64,000 nucleotides of DNA from an uncultured Candidatus Saccharibacteria bacterium (GTDB taxonomy: Bacteria; Patescibacteriota; Minisyncoccia; Phycocordibacterales; UBA9973), in assembly GCA_964397435.1 (NCBI GenBank), contig CAYNHU010000001.1, forward strand, positions 209 through 64,208. Reading direction: 5' to 3'. The notes beneath the pieces were generated by a model. That model was not told where the DNA came from and did no database searches. It saw only the letters and a program-made list of their open reading frames with translations. Shown here in pieces: positions 40,579 through 50,158 of the stretch (the first letter of the stretch is position 1; each line of letters opens with the position of its first letter). The position numbers and the translations under genes are program-made.

Positions 40579-41451
40579 ATGGAAAAACAAGCTATAACAA
40601 GGGTTTTAGTTATCCTTGGGCAAACTTCTACAGGAAAGAGTGATTTTGCTGTGGCGCTTGCGCGGAAACTCAAAAAAGACGGTGTCTATGCTGAAATTAT
40701 TTCGGCAGACTCGCGCCAAGTATACAAAGGACTCAATCTCCTTTCGGGTAAAATTACACAGCGAGAAATGGGTGGTATTCCACATCATCTTTTGGACGTG
40801 GCATCACCACGGAGTGTTTTTAGTGTTGCGCAGTTTCAGAAGCAAGCCGCGCGCGCCATCGCCGAAATCGGCGCGCGCGGCCACCTCCCCATCCTCGTTG
40901 GAGGCACTGGTTTCTATATTGATGCAGTGGTGTCAGGCACCGTGCTTCCAGAAGTTCCACCAAATCCACAACTCCGCGAAACACTCTCAAAACAGACAGT
41001 TGCAAAACTCTTTACTCAACTAAAGCAAAAAGATCCGGCTCGTGCAGAGACTATAGATCCAAACAACAAAGTTCGCATTATCCGCGCTCTTGAAATCGCA
41101 CACGCACTCGGAAAAGTACCGAGTGTCGCGACACAAAAAACTCCCTATGATGTCGTAAAAATCGGACTGGCCGTAGAAGACGAAGAACTCAAAGCGCGTA
41201 TTCATACTCGCCTTTTGAAACGAATCAAACAAGGCATGCTTACCGAAGCAAAAAAACTCCACGATTCAGGAGTCTCATGGAAACGCATGTATGAACTTGG
41301 TCTTGAAGCACGTTACGCCGCACTTCATCTCCAGGGAAAACTTTCAAAACAAGACATGCTCACACAGCTCGAAACAGCTATTTGGCACTATGCAAAACGC
41401 CAAAAAACATGGTTCAAACGAGACAAAACCATACGCTGGATTGAGGTGTAA
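40579..41451 (+). CDS. miaA: tRNA dimethylallyltransferase
   Basis: P-loop (GQTSTGKS) and MiaA fold; start taken at MEKQAI, immediately after tRNA-Leu. Confidence 0.88.
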   Translation: MEKQAITRVLVILGQTSTGKSDFAVALARKLKKDGVYAEIISADSRQVYKGLNLLSGKITQREMGGIPHHLLDVASPRSVFSVAQFQKQAARAIAEIGARGHLPILVGGTGFYIDAVVSGTVLPEVPPNPQLRETLSKQTVAKLFTQLKQKDPARAETIDPNNKVRIIRALEIAHALGKVPSVATQKTPYDVVKIGLAVEDEELKARIHTRLLKRIKQGMLTEAKKLHDSGVSWKRMYELGLEARYAALHLQGKLSKQDMLTQLETAIWHYAKRQKTWFKRDKTIRWIEV

Positions 41452-41456
41452 AAAAA

Positions 41457-42080
41457 CTAACTTTGTTTTTTGAGAATAAATCTCATCCACTTTTTGTCAT
41501 GGGTGTACGTTAAACTCACAAACTCGAACGGAAACGATGCGAGTATATTTCTAACTTCTTCCTCACTGTAATACTTAAAGTAACGAGGCATATCCATTTT
41601 TTCAGTACTCACTTCCTCGCCAGCACCTTCTTTCAAAGAGAATGCAAGAACCCCGTGCGGTTTAAGTAGTGTACTAATGGTCTGTACATTTTTTATAAAA
41701 TCAGCTTCTGTTGCGTGTACAAAAACTCCATTCGCATAAAAACCATCAAAAGCACCAATCCAAGATTGTGGTGGTGTTTCTCTAAAATCATAATATTCTG
41801 CTTCAAAACCATCCGCTTTGAGACGAGCAACGGCTTCATCAACAACATCAGTACAGAGAACCGTAATTCCCCGTTCTCGCAAAAACCGAGCATCTCTACC
41901 AGTCGCTGAACCAAATTCTAATACACGAGCATGTTCTGGTAATTCATGGATGAAAGCTTCGATCCACGCAGCAACTTCTGACCCAACCTGATTCGGTGTA
42001 CGCTCTTCGTACACGTCAAAACCCGAACGATATGTTTCAATTGTTAGATCATTATTATCAGCTGAATTTTGAGTAGTCAT
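41457..42080 (-). CDS. Class I SAM-dependent methyltransferase
   Basis: Motif I (LEFGSATGRD); start taken at MTTQNS so that the ORF does not run through tRNA-Trp. Confidence 0.7.
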   Translation of the reverse strand: MTTQNSADNNDLTIETYRSGFDVYEERTPNQVGSEVAAWIEAFIHELPEHARVLEFGSATGRDARFLRERGITVLCTDVVDEAVARLKADGFEAEYYDFRETPPQSWIGAFDGFYANGVFVHATEADFIKNVQTISTLLKPHGVLAFSLKEGAGEEVSTEKMDMPRYFKYYSEEEVRNILASFPFEFVSLTYTHDKKWMRFILKKQS

Positions 42081-42088
42081 TACTTCTG

Positions 42089-42159
42089 CGGGCGATGAGG
42101 GAATCGAACCCCCGCCAATGGTTTTGGAGACCATTGTTCTGCCACTAAACTAATCGCCC
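42089..42159 (-). tRNA. tRNA-Trp (anticodon CCA)
   Basis: Cloverleaf by eye: acceptor GGGCGAT/ATCGCCC, anticodon loop CTCCAAA; 71 nt. Confidence 0.8.
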
Positions 42160-42169
42160 AGATGTCATG

Positions 42170-42190
42170 TGTCTTGTGTCTTGTGTCTTG
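42170..42190. repeat. Heptamer TGTCTTG x3 tandem repeat upstream of tRNA-Trp
   Basis: Read directly. Confidence 0.6.
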
Positions 42191-42229
42191 TATGTGTCGC
42201 GTAGAACTGCGAAGCGCTACGAGATATAT

Positions 42230-42255
42230 AAAAAGCCAGCGTAAGCTGACTTTTT
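42230..42255 (-). terminator. Terminator hairpin (aaaaagccagc-gtaa-gctgacttttt), member of a conserved terminator repeat
   Basis: Read directly; near-identical element at 50157-50190. Confidence 0.6.
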
Positions 42256-42289
42256 ATATACTAGCAGAATACTAGCTGAAAATCTACTT

Positions 42290-42457
42290 TTATTTCTTGA
42301 CTTCCTTGAAGACAACGTGCTTTCGGAGCTTTTTATCGTACTTTTTGAGCTCAAGCTTACGAGGTGTACCTGTCTTTTTACTCTTCTTTGGGCGACGAGT
42401 CCAGATAGTCTGTTTTGTAGCTTTATTCTGTATTTTGACCAAATTATCTTGTGACAT
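42290..42457 (-). CDS. rpmG: 50S ribosomal protein L33
   Basis: 55 aa from MSQDNL; C-terminal ...TPRKLELKKYDKKLRKHVVFKEVKK matches L33 consensus (..P.KLEL.K.DP..R.HV.YKE.K). Confidence 0.75.
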   Translation of the reverse strand: MSQDNLVKIQNKATKQTIWTRRPKKSKKTGTPRKLELKKYDKKLRKHVVFKEVKK

Positions 42458-42523
42458 ATGTGACCATAATACCAAAAAACCCGAAAAAAGCAAGTAGCAA
42501 GTATCCACCCTACGCTCTCTGGA

Positions 42524-43648
42524 CTACTTGGTATAGATACGTGGCACTTGGGTGGCGATTCGTGTTACCAGTTCGTAGTTAATCGTACCGGCATGAAGCG
42601 CAACCTCTTCGGCACTTAGAATCTCTGTTTTGTCTTTGCCAATCAACGTTACGGTATCTCCGATTCGTACATTTGGAATGTCGGTAATGTCGACAACCAT
42701 CATGTTCATCATGATGCGCCCGAGGATACGGGCGCGCTTGCCACGCACCAGTACAAATCCCCGATTACTTGCACTACGCGGATATCCATCAGAGTACCCA
42801 ACTGGCAAAACCGCAACCACACTATCTCGTGTCACCTGCTCTGTTAAATCATAGCCAACATAACTACCAGCAGGTAATCTTTTTACTTCATTGATATAGG
42901 TGTGCCATGAAAGTGCGGGTGTGAGTTTTACACCTTGTGCGCGAAGCGCAGTTTCATCCGATGGCCACAATCCATAAATACCAATACCGAAGCGAACCAT
43001 ATCAAGACCAAATTCTGGTGAAAGAAATATTCCAGCAGTAGCACTTGCATGCACGATTGGATGCACTCCAATTTCATGTAACATTTTTTTCCATTCAAAA
43101 ATTGCAGTTACTTGCGCAACTGTGTACGCATCATATCTACTCATTTCAGAAGCAGCGAAGTGTGTAGCAAGCCCAACAACAACACAGTGTTTGTTTCCAG
43201 CAATGAGTGCGAGCACTCGTGTACTATCAGCAAGCAAAAAGCCATCACGCCCGAGACCAGTATCAGTCATCAAGTGTATACGAACTGGTTTTGCATATTT
43301 CTTCTTTGCAATATGTGTCAGCAACTCAAATGTTGAAACAGCAAGCTCGAGATTATACGTAACTGCAAGAGCAACTTCTTCAGGTAAAATACTGCGCAGT
43401 ACGAGAACTGGAGTTTTGATCCCCGCTTTACGCAACAGCACTCCCTCTTGAATATCGAAAACCGCAAGATAGGTTGCTCCGCCTTCAATTGCTGCACGCG
43501 CAACAGGAGCAAGCCCGTGACCGTACGCGTCAGCTTTGACTACAGCGAGTGCTTGTACACGTGACGCGACTTGCTTTCGTAATGTGCGCATGTTTGCTCG
43601 AATCGCTTGAATTGAGACATGCACCGATGTTCGTAAATGTGTTTTCAT
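42524..43648 (-). CDS. alr: Alanine racemase
   Basis: PLP-Lys motif (AVVKADAYGHG) and two-domain Alr fold. Confidence 0.88.
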   Translation of the reverse strand: MKTHLRTSVHVSIQAIRANMRTLRKQVASRVQALAVVKADAYGHGLAPVARAAIEGGATYLAVFDIQEGVLLRKAGIKTPVLVLRSILPEEVALAVTYNLELAVSTFELLTHIAKKKYAKPVRIHLMTDTGLGRDGFLLADSTRVLALIAGNKHCVVVGLATHFAASEMSRYDAYTVAQVTAIFEWKKMLHEIGVHPIVHASATAGIFLSPEFGLDMVRFGIGIYGLWPSDETALRAQGVKLTPALSWHTYINEVKRLPAGSYVGYDLTEQVTRDSVVAVLPVGYSDGYPRSASNRGFVLVRGKRARILGRIMMNMMVVDITDIPNVRIGDTVTLIGKDKTEILSAEEVALHAGTINYELVTRIATQVPRIYTK

Positions 43649-43651
43649 ATA

Positions 43652-46012
43652 TTAAAATCCTGTTGCGTTAATAATTGTTTCAAGTAATTCAAGTGGGTAG
43701 AGCGGTTTTGATTCTGCCAGTCCTTGGTGATACAGCACTGTTGACGGAGTAAGTCCGGGGAGCGTGTTAATTTCAATAACCGATATATTCCCTGTTCGTA
43801 ATTCAAGAAATGCGTCAATACGAGCATACCCGCGAATTCCGATCCGAGTAGCAACTTCGGTAATCAACTCCTGTGTTCGCGCAAGTACTTTTGGTTTTAT
43901 CAGTGAACGTGGTGGTGGCGTAATATTGACTCCCGTACCACCTTGAAATTTTTCTTCAACAGACAACACTGAACCTTCAGCAACAGTGATACTTGGCGCA
44001 AGTGCTCGAAGCGACGAACCGCGACGCTCAAGCACTCCGACAGTGACTTCAATCCAACCACTTTTGCGAACATGTTTGAGGGTATTACTTCGCATGCGAA
44101 TGACATCAGTGACAACATATGCTTCGAGTAATAATTCTTCAACACCATGCTGCGGCATTTCAACTTGTTCAAATTGCTGCGGAAATACACCTTTTGGTAT
44201 GTACGGTGCCTTGGTGTGAATGTACTCAACATACGTAGCCAAATCACGAGCGGATGTTAGCTGCACAATACCTGTCGAGCAACCATCACCACGCGGTTTG
44301 ACAATCAACGTTGGACTACCAATGCGCTCGGTATATGTGTTCCACTGTTTTTCATAATCAGTTGTATGTGAAAATGTTGCGTACTTTACTACCAGATGTT
44401 CAGGAACATTCACGCCAGCGATTTCAAATGCTTTAATTGTTTCATTGGTCTTCCATTTATCCATGCAAAGCGCAGATACTTCAGCGTTTGAGCCGTTGTA
44501 ACGCACCGCATGTGTAGTAAACAACTTTTGTAACGTACCATCCTCACCAATACCACCGTGGAGTGCAATAAACACAAATGGATTCCGTTTCGCAAATGTT
44601 TCAAGGTCATACCGCTCAGGAATAAAAAAGGATTCGGATGTATCACCAGCTTGTAATGCTAATTTGTGCTGCACTCGATCAGTTAACTCACGTAAACGTG
44701 TTATATGCTGCTCGGCTCGTTCAGCATTTGCGATAACTTCTTCGACGGTGTGATTTAGCACAAGCGCGTATGGAATTTTCCAGACGGAATGTTTGGTATC
44801 AAGAACATAGATAGTGGGTTTGTAGCGTTTTGACCGTCGCAATTTTAACCACACGTTTGTACCACTCATGAGAGAAACTTGGCGCTCTGCAGTTCCCCCG
44901 CCGCACAACACCGCAACAGGTTTTCGATCAGCAACTATTGGTTCTGGTTGGAGCAGCGGGAAGCCATGTCGGCGACACGCGTTATTGATGACATATCGAA
45001 GCACATCACGATGCGAGAAACCAATACGCGCCGCTTGCTGAAACAGAAAACTATTTTGTTCCATTCCTGAAATCGGATTAAAATCAGAAAACCAAATGTT
45101 TCCATCCGGAAGCACCCATCCATCAAAACGCGCAAAGTCACGCATGCCAAGCACGCTCCACAACTGCTCAGCTTGGATTTGAATTTTTTCAATAATCTCA
45201 TTTGAAAAACGAGGTGGGCAGTGATATGCAACTTGTCGTGTAGGTAAATATTTTTTACGAAAATCAAATACCTGATGTTCACTGTAATCAGCCTCAATTT
45301 CAGTTGGCATAATTGCTACACCTTGCCCAAACCGATTCTCAAGCAAAATAACTGTAAACTCGGTGCCCGTTGCGAATGGTTCAATGACAACACGAGTATC
45401 CATTCGTTTTGAGAAAATATACTGCGCGCGTTCGAGTGCTTCTTCGACGGTTGCTACAGAAAAAACACCGATGCTCGAACCACCAGTTGCTGGCTTAACT
45501 ATCGCTCGAGTAATGGCATGCTTTTTGAAAAATGCTTGCACGAGTTTTTTATGATCACGTCCATAAATTTTGAGTGCGAGTGATGGTAGTGTAAAAAAAC
45601 CGTGTTCAGCGATATATTCATTTGCTTTGTGCTTATCAAACACGCGTTTGCCCGCAATCTCTGGCGAGCCAACATGCGGGATATTATGTTTCGCAAGAAA
45701 TGCTTGGATGGTGCCATCTTCACCAAACGCTCCATGCATTGCAGGAAATACCAGTGTAACTTTTTTAAGTAGTGCGATGAGTGCACGTTCAGAAAGCGGC
45801 TTTCCTGTTTCAGCTAATTTAAAATCAAAATCAGATGGCGTGTTTGAATACAGCTGCGCCGGCGAAATCTGAAATGCTCGACGCTTTTGATCGAAATAAA
45901 TAGGAATAATCTCAACATCATCGCTGCGAACGTGATCGAGTACTGAACGTGCTGAGTTAAGTGAGATACCACGCTCAAGCGATGGACCGCCACAGAGGAC
46001 TGCAATTTTCAT
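43652..46012 (-). CDS. ddl: Tandem fusion of two D-alanine--D-alanine ligase (ATP-grasp) modules in one 786-aa polypeptide
   Basis: Module 1 (MKIAVLCGGPS...) and module 2 (KPVAVLCGGGTAERQVSL...) each contain full Ddl N, central and ATP-grasp C domains; 3-nt gap to alr. Confidence 0.8.
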   Translation of the reverse strand: MKIAVLCGGPSLERGISLNSARSVLDHVRSDDVEIIPIYFDQKRRAFQISPAQLYSNTPSDFDFKLAETGKPLSERALIALLKKVTLVFPAMHGAFGEDGTIQAFLAKHNIPHVGSPEIAGKRVFDKHKANEYIAEHGFFTLPSLALKIYGRDHKKLVQAFFKKHAITRAIVKPATGGSSIGVFSVATVEEALERAQYIFSKRMDTRVVIEPFATGTEFTVILLENRFGQGVAIMPTEIEADYSEHQVFDFRKKYLPTRQVAYHCPPRFSNEIIEKIQIQAEQLWSVLGMRDFARFDGWVLPDGNIWFSDFNPISGMEQNSFLFQQAARIGFSHRDVLRYVINNACRRHGFPLLQPEPIVADRKPVAVLCGGGTAERQVSLMSGTNVWLKLRRSKRYKPTIYVLDTKHSVWKIPYALVLNHTVEEVIANAERAEQHITRLRELTDRVQHKLALQAGDTSESFFIPERYDLETFAKRNPFVFIALHGGIGEDGTLQKLFTTHAVRYNGSNAEVSALCMDKWKTNETIKAFEIAGVNVPEHLVVKYATFSHTTDYEKQWNTYTERIGSPTLIVKPRGDGCSTGIVQLTSARDLATYVEYIHTKAPYIPKGVFPQQFEQVEMPQHGVEELLLEAYVVTDVIRMRSNTLKHVRKSGWIEVTVGVLERRGSSLRALAPSITVAEGSVLSVEEKFQGGTGVNITPPPRSLIKPKVLARTQELITEVATRIGIRGYARIDAFLELRTGNISVIEINTLPGLTPSTVLYHQGLAESKPLYPLELLETIINATGF

Positions 46013-46138
46013 ACTTTTTGCAAAAATAATCTCACTAAAAAGCTAATAAAATCAAGCTAAAAAACAAAATACTACCTATAGTATATAAAATCATGCTTTT
46101 TTTGCAAGATAATTGGGGTGCAAAAAACAAAGAAAAAG

Positions 46139-46172
46139 CAGCGTGCGCCTTCGGCATACGCTGCATAAAAAA
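46139..46172 (-). terminator. Imperfect terminator hairpin + T-run downstream of collagen-like gene
   Basis: gcagcgtatgcc-gaag-ggcgcacgctgc on minus strand, followed by tttttctttgtttttt. Confidence 0.45.
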
Positions 46173-46179
46173 ATGAGAG

Positions 46180-47025
46180 TTACTTAATCTCTAGAAAGTC
46201 AATTTTGCGGTTATTCGCATACACTGGATTCAAGCTTGTACCCGCTTTGATAATCATCCGAACACTCGGATTTACTCCAGCAGGAAATGTTCTTAAAACA
46301 GTACAAGTTACCAGGTGTGGTTTATCACCTTGATGATAGTCCATGTTCGGTGTTCCCTGAAAAATTTCTCCTGTCGTTAGGCAATCAAATTTATAGTACA
46401 CACCTTCAGTATCTGCAGGATCAGCCCAGATATCAGCTTGGATAGTAATCCAAAATACAGAACTCGTGGTTGCATTACCAGGTAATGTATAGCTGGCGAC
46501 TGTGAAATCTGAATTCAGGTTTGTAGAAACTGTTGCAGTTTGCTCAAACGAACCCCAGCCAGAAACTAATCCTGTTGCACCTGTAGCACCAGTGGCACCA
46601 GTGACTCCAATGTTTCCTGTAGCGCCTGTGTTACCTATCGGATCTTGCGGGCCGGTAGGACCAGTGAGAATTGGCAACGTAAACGTTTGACCGTTACGCA
46701 AAACTACAACACCGTTGGGTAAAATAGTATCAATATCGTGCGCAGATTCTGCCGCATATAATGCATACGGCACACTCATAATTGGAGTAACACCCATAGC
46801 AACAGGTTGCCCTCCGCCGTTAATGTCGCACTCAACTAATAAATGTAAATCAGATTGCGCCCAATTGATACTACTAAATGTTTCAACAAGTGGTGTGCCT
46901 TTACCAATCCATGCCGTAAACAAACCAAATTGGTTTGTCATACAGGTATGTGTTTCAGAATATATCGGAAACGCTTGGTTGATACCATTCAGTATCGCAA
47001 ATTTAACCGGAATACTTTGGTTCAC
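46180..47025 (-). CDS. Collagen-like (Gly-X-Y) repeat surface protein, BclA-like three-part architecture
   Basis: N-domain, then 13 G-X-Y triplets (GPTGPQDPIGNTGATGNIGVTGATGATGATG), then a C-terminal beta-rich domain of about 120 aa; the first in-frame start is GTG. Confidence 0.55.
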   Translation of the reverse strand: MNQSIPVKFAILNGINQAFPIYSETHTCMTNQFGLFTAWIGKGTPLVETFSSINWAQSDLHLLVECDINGGGQPVAMGVTPIMSVPYALYAAESAHDIDTILPNGVVVLRNGQTFTLPILTGPTGPQDPIGNTGATGNIGVTGATGATGATGLVSGWGSFEQTATVSTNLNSDFTVASYTLPGNATTSSVFWITIQADIWADPADTEGVYYKFDCLTTGEIFQGTPNMDYHQGDKPHLVTCTVLRTFPAGVNPSVRMIIKAGTSLNPVYANNRKIDFLEIK

Positions 47026-47382
47026 AATAGGATTGCCTGCCTCATCACGAGCGATAGCTTGGTAGTTAATCGCTTGTGGTGGTGGTGTTTGTGCAAAAAC
47101 GCCTGCAAAAATACAGGTGTTTTTTAGAAAAATGCCCCGCCCTTAAGAGTATTACTCGTTTATCATACTCTGCATTAGTTGAGCTTTTTGAGCCCTTTAT
47201 TGCCAGAAGTTTCCTTTAATTGTTACGGTGCAATTATTTAAATCTATACAAAATCCCTTAATCTGTTTTGTTGTGTACGTAATGAAAGATGCTGCAAGTA
47301 AGAGTATTGCTATAAAGAAAAATATACCTAAAGTTTTTTCATGTTTACATAATAACATAAGCATAATCTCTAGACTCTATCC

Positions 47383-47796
47383 CTATCTCAACACAAACAA
47401 AAAATCCCGTACAGGATTTTTTGTTTGGTGCAGCGTAGTAGCGGTTAACTGATCTTTCGTAATAAACCAAAACATTATAATAAGAAACGATAATGCAATA
47501 GTTGTTTTTTGAAAGGTAGTTAATTCTACGTGAAGCTTCTTTTGAAGAATTAATTTTGGAATGAGAACTAATGTGACTACCCAAACACTTGCAACGGCAG
47601 TCGTTAGACCGATATTAGCCGTGTAACTCCATCCGAGAGTCTTGGTATACATATAAAATGCAAGCGGAAAAGTAAACGAGATAATTATAAATGTGGCAGG
47701 AGGTGGCTGTACCTCCTCCCGTAAAATCTGGTAACAATACCAGAAACTGCCAGCCATCATGATGACTGCGGCAATCCAAACGGTTATGAGGTACAT
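47383..47796 (-). CDS. Hypothetical integral membrane protein (4 TM)
   Basis: 137-aa ORF. Confidence 0.45.
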   Translation of the reverse strand: MYLITVWIAAVIMMAGSFWYCYQILREEVQPPPATFIIISFTFPLAFYMYTKTLGWSYTANIGLTTAVASVWVVTLVLIPKLILQKKLHVELTTFQKTTIALSFLIIMFWFITKDQLTATTLHQTKNPVRDFLFVLR

Positions 47797-47912
47797 TCGA
47801 TCTCCTTTTTGTTTTTAACGAATTAGGCAAAATAGCCTAGGTAGATAGTAACATATTAAAATATGTTTGTCAATACAAAATACCCTTATTTAATAAGGGT
47901 ATTTTGTGAGTG

Positions 47913-47995
47913 TGCGCCGGGGAGGATTCGAACCTCCGTAGCCCGAAGGCGTTTGATTTACAGTCAAATGCAATTGACCACTCTGCCACCGACGC
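47913..47995 (-). tRNA. tRNA-Tyr (anticodon GUA)
   Basis: Cloverleaf by eye: anticodon loop CTGTAAA, long variable arm (bacterial type II tRNA); 83 nt. Confidence 0.85.
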
Positions 47996-48082
47996 AAGTA
48001 CATCTTTCATGAGACGACACAGAGTAGTATAGCTAAAAAATAAAATTTTGTCACGCGATTGGTTTGGGTGGTTGTATAAACT

Positions 48083-48118
48083 AAAACTGCGGGGCGGCTT
48101 CGCCGCCCCGCAGTTTTA
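48083..48118 (-). terminator. Perfect 16-bp terminator hairpin (aaaactgcggggcggc-ttcg-gccgccccgcagtttt)
   Basis: Read directly; flanked by A-run/T-run. Confidence 0.7.
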
Positions 48119-48125
48119 GTTTTTC

Positions 48126-50108
48126 TTACAAATCAAACGAATCACTAATCACTCCCTTTCCTGCATGGAACGTTGGTGATGTATATATTTTCTGATAGAC
48201 ACCGTCTTGGTTTTTCGCTTCGACTGTCACATAGACATCAGATCGAGGAACCAAAATGTAGTAGAGACCTTCTTCATCAGTGACACGGTGTGCAATTTCA
48301 TGATTGAGACTTGCGCTCCATACTCGAACAATTGCGTATGGAACTGGCGCACCTTGATATGTCACTCTACCTGTTTTAACTGGGCCAAAACCAAATGATT
48401 GAAGAATCACAATCAAAACATAGAAACCAACCATGAGCATGTTCCACCATGTTGGAGATGTAAAGGTAATGATAATTGAAATGATGAAACCGAGAACGAA
48501 CGCGACATTAAAGAGTGTGTCCCAGAGCGCATGATTGCGTGTGAAGTAGTGCAAAAGATTTCGACGACGCTTCTGTTCTTGATTCCAGTCATTGGTGAGT
48601 GGATCCATTGGAACGTTCAATGTAATGACTTTTTCTTCTCCTGTCACTGCAAATGTTTCTCCGAAATACAAATTTTCATAAACTGAATCTTGCATTTGTC
48701 CAGCAAGCACTTTTGACGGGAACAAGTAGTTTGTTTTATTAACGATGATCTTGTATGTACCCTTCTTAAGGAAGAATCCGTATCGTCCATCAATGTCAGT
48801 AATTTGATTGAGAACTTCTTTGCCAGTTTCTGCATCTAATACAGAAACATACGCAGGATCAAGTGGTTCTTTACTAACAGCATCAAACACAACCCCCCAA
48901 GGACGCTTGCGACGATACAGTACTACAGTGAGAAGCATTCCACCGAAACGTGCAATCAATCCTGGTACAGTAGTAAGCAAACCGACGATTCCAATGGTAA
49001 TTGGAACGACTGGAGGAATTGTTTCAATATTTGGGATGCTAAAACCTCCAGTTGGAATTCCAAAGAAGCTGCCTGTACTGCCTGATGAACCACTTCCTGA
49101 AGTTCCTGTTGATCCTGAAGTTGTAGTTCCAGAAGTTCCTGTGCCTGATGTGCTAGTACCAGACGAACTACCGCCACCAATGAATTCAGTTATATCGCCA
49201 CCAGTAAATCCTCCAGAGAAGCCACCTGAGCTACCACCAGAAGAACCTGATGATCCACTACCACCAGATGTTCCCGTTGTACCTGTTGAACTAGTTCCTG
49301 ATGATGAACCATTACCTGAAGTTCCTGTTGATCCTGAAGTTGTTGAACCAGAAGTGCCTGTGCCTGATGTACTAGTACTGCCGGTAGAACCAGTTGAACC
49401 ACTACCACCTGTTGTAGATGTAGTTGGAGGTAATACAACACCACTTGAGCCACCGCCAGAACCTCCTGAACCACCACTTGAACCAGTACTACAACCAGGC
49501 CATGTTGTTTTCAAACCACTGTAGCCTGTCTGTGTTGATGCGAGTTCAATATATCCATAGTTTTCTGACCATACTTGTCCTGAGATTTGTCCTGTTCCAA
49601 GATCAATATGCGGTGCAACAAGTGCATTTTGAGGTGCAAAGTTTATCCATCCAGTGTTTTCACCCCATGCACAACCACCAAGTACACCAGTACATGCATT
49701 AGTAACATGAGATACACCATTACATTTTCCAGGTAACGGATCAGGTGCATTTATAGGATTCAAATTAATCCAGCCAATAGTCTCACCCCAGATTTTTCCA
49801 GTGATTGCAGTATCAGTAACCTGCACAGGTTCAGGACAAAGGTTCGTTGGATATGTTCCCCCGCACAATGGAAACCAGTTAATTAAATCTCGTACGAAAT
49901 CTTTGTTGAGATCAATATCATGAGAACCGAGGTTATCGTAAAATTGAGAGAATTTTAGATTCCAATCAATTCCTCCGGTTGCCGCATGTGCCTGAAATGG
50001 AACAAGCGTAAATGCTAGTAGCACGACCAAAAACACACTCTTCTTAATCGCCATGAGGGCGTATGAATGTAATATAGTAACAATTTTCATGTAAAGAAAG
50101 TATACCAA
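48126..50108 (-). CDS. Large secreted Gly/Ser/Thr-rich surface protein with C-terminal TM helices
   Basis: 660 aa; signal peptide (MAIKKSVFLVVLLAFTLVPFQAHA, probable true start near 50054), beta-rich N-domain, two long GS/GT low-complexity tracts, C-terminal TM helices. Confidence 0.6.
   Translation of the reverse strand: MVYFLYMKIVTILHSYALMAIKKSVFLVVLLAFTLVPFQAHAATGGIDWNLKFSQFYDNLGSHDIDLNKDFVRDLINWFPLCGGTYPTNLCPEPVQVTDTAITGKIWGETIGWINLNPINAPDPLPGKCNGVSHVTNACTGVLGGCAWGENTGWINFAPQNALVAPHIDLGTGQISGQVWSENYGYIELASTQTGYSGLKTTWPGCSTGSSGGSGGSGGGSSGVVLPPTTSTTGGSGSTGSTGSTSTSGTGTSGSTTSGSTGTSGNGSSSGTSSTGTTGTSGGSGSSGSSGGSSGGFSGGFTGGDITEFIGGGSSSGTSTSGTGTSGTTTSGSTGTSGSGSSGSTGSFFGIPTGGFSIPNIETIPPVVPITIGIVGLLTTVPGLIARFGGMLLTVVLYRRKRPWGVVFDAVSKEPLDPAYVSVLDAETGKEVLNQITDIDGRYGFFLKKGTYKIIVNKTNYLFPSKVLAGQMQDSVYENLYFGETFAVTGEEKVITLNVPMDPLTNDWNQEQKRRRNLLHYFTRNHALWDTLFNVAFVLGFIISIIITFTSPTWWNMLMVGFYVLIVILQSFGFGPVKTGRVTYQGAPVPYAIVRVWSASLNHEIAHRVTDEEGLYYILVPRSDVYVTVEAKNQDGVYQKIYTSPTFHAGKGVISDSFDL
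49106..49380. repeat. Internal near-identical direct repeats (about 66 nt, copies at 49106-49172 and 49315-49380) within the low-complexity linker
   Basis: cctgaagttcctgttgatcctgaagttgt... appears twice with about 90% identity. Confidence 0.6.
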
Positions 50109-50158
50109 ATGTCGGTATCAAAGTTAATGATTTTAGGCAGTAAAACTGTGTACAATTA

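Noticed and set aside
42081-42134. N-terminal 18 codons of the methyltransferase ORF
   Set aside because: They run through tRNA-Trp; start moved to MTTQNS at 42080.
48808-49524. 238-aa Pro/Glu/Val-rich ORF on the plus strand
   Set aside because: It is the antisense reading of the GS-rich low-complexity repeat region of the minus-strand surface protein gene; repeat-driven artefact.
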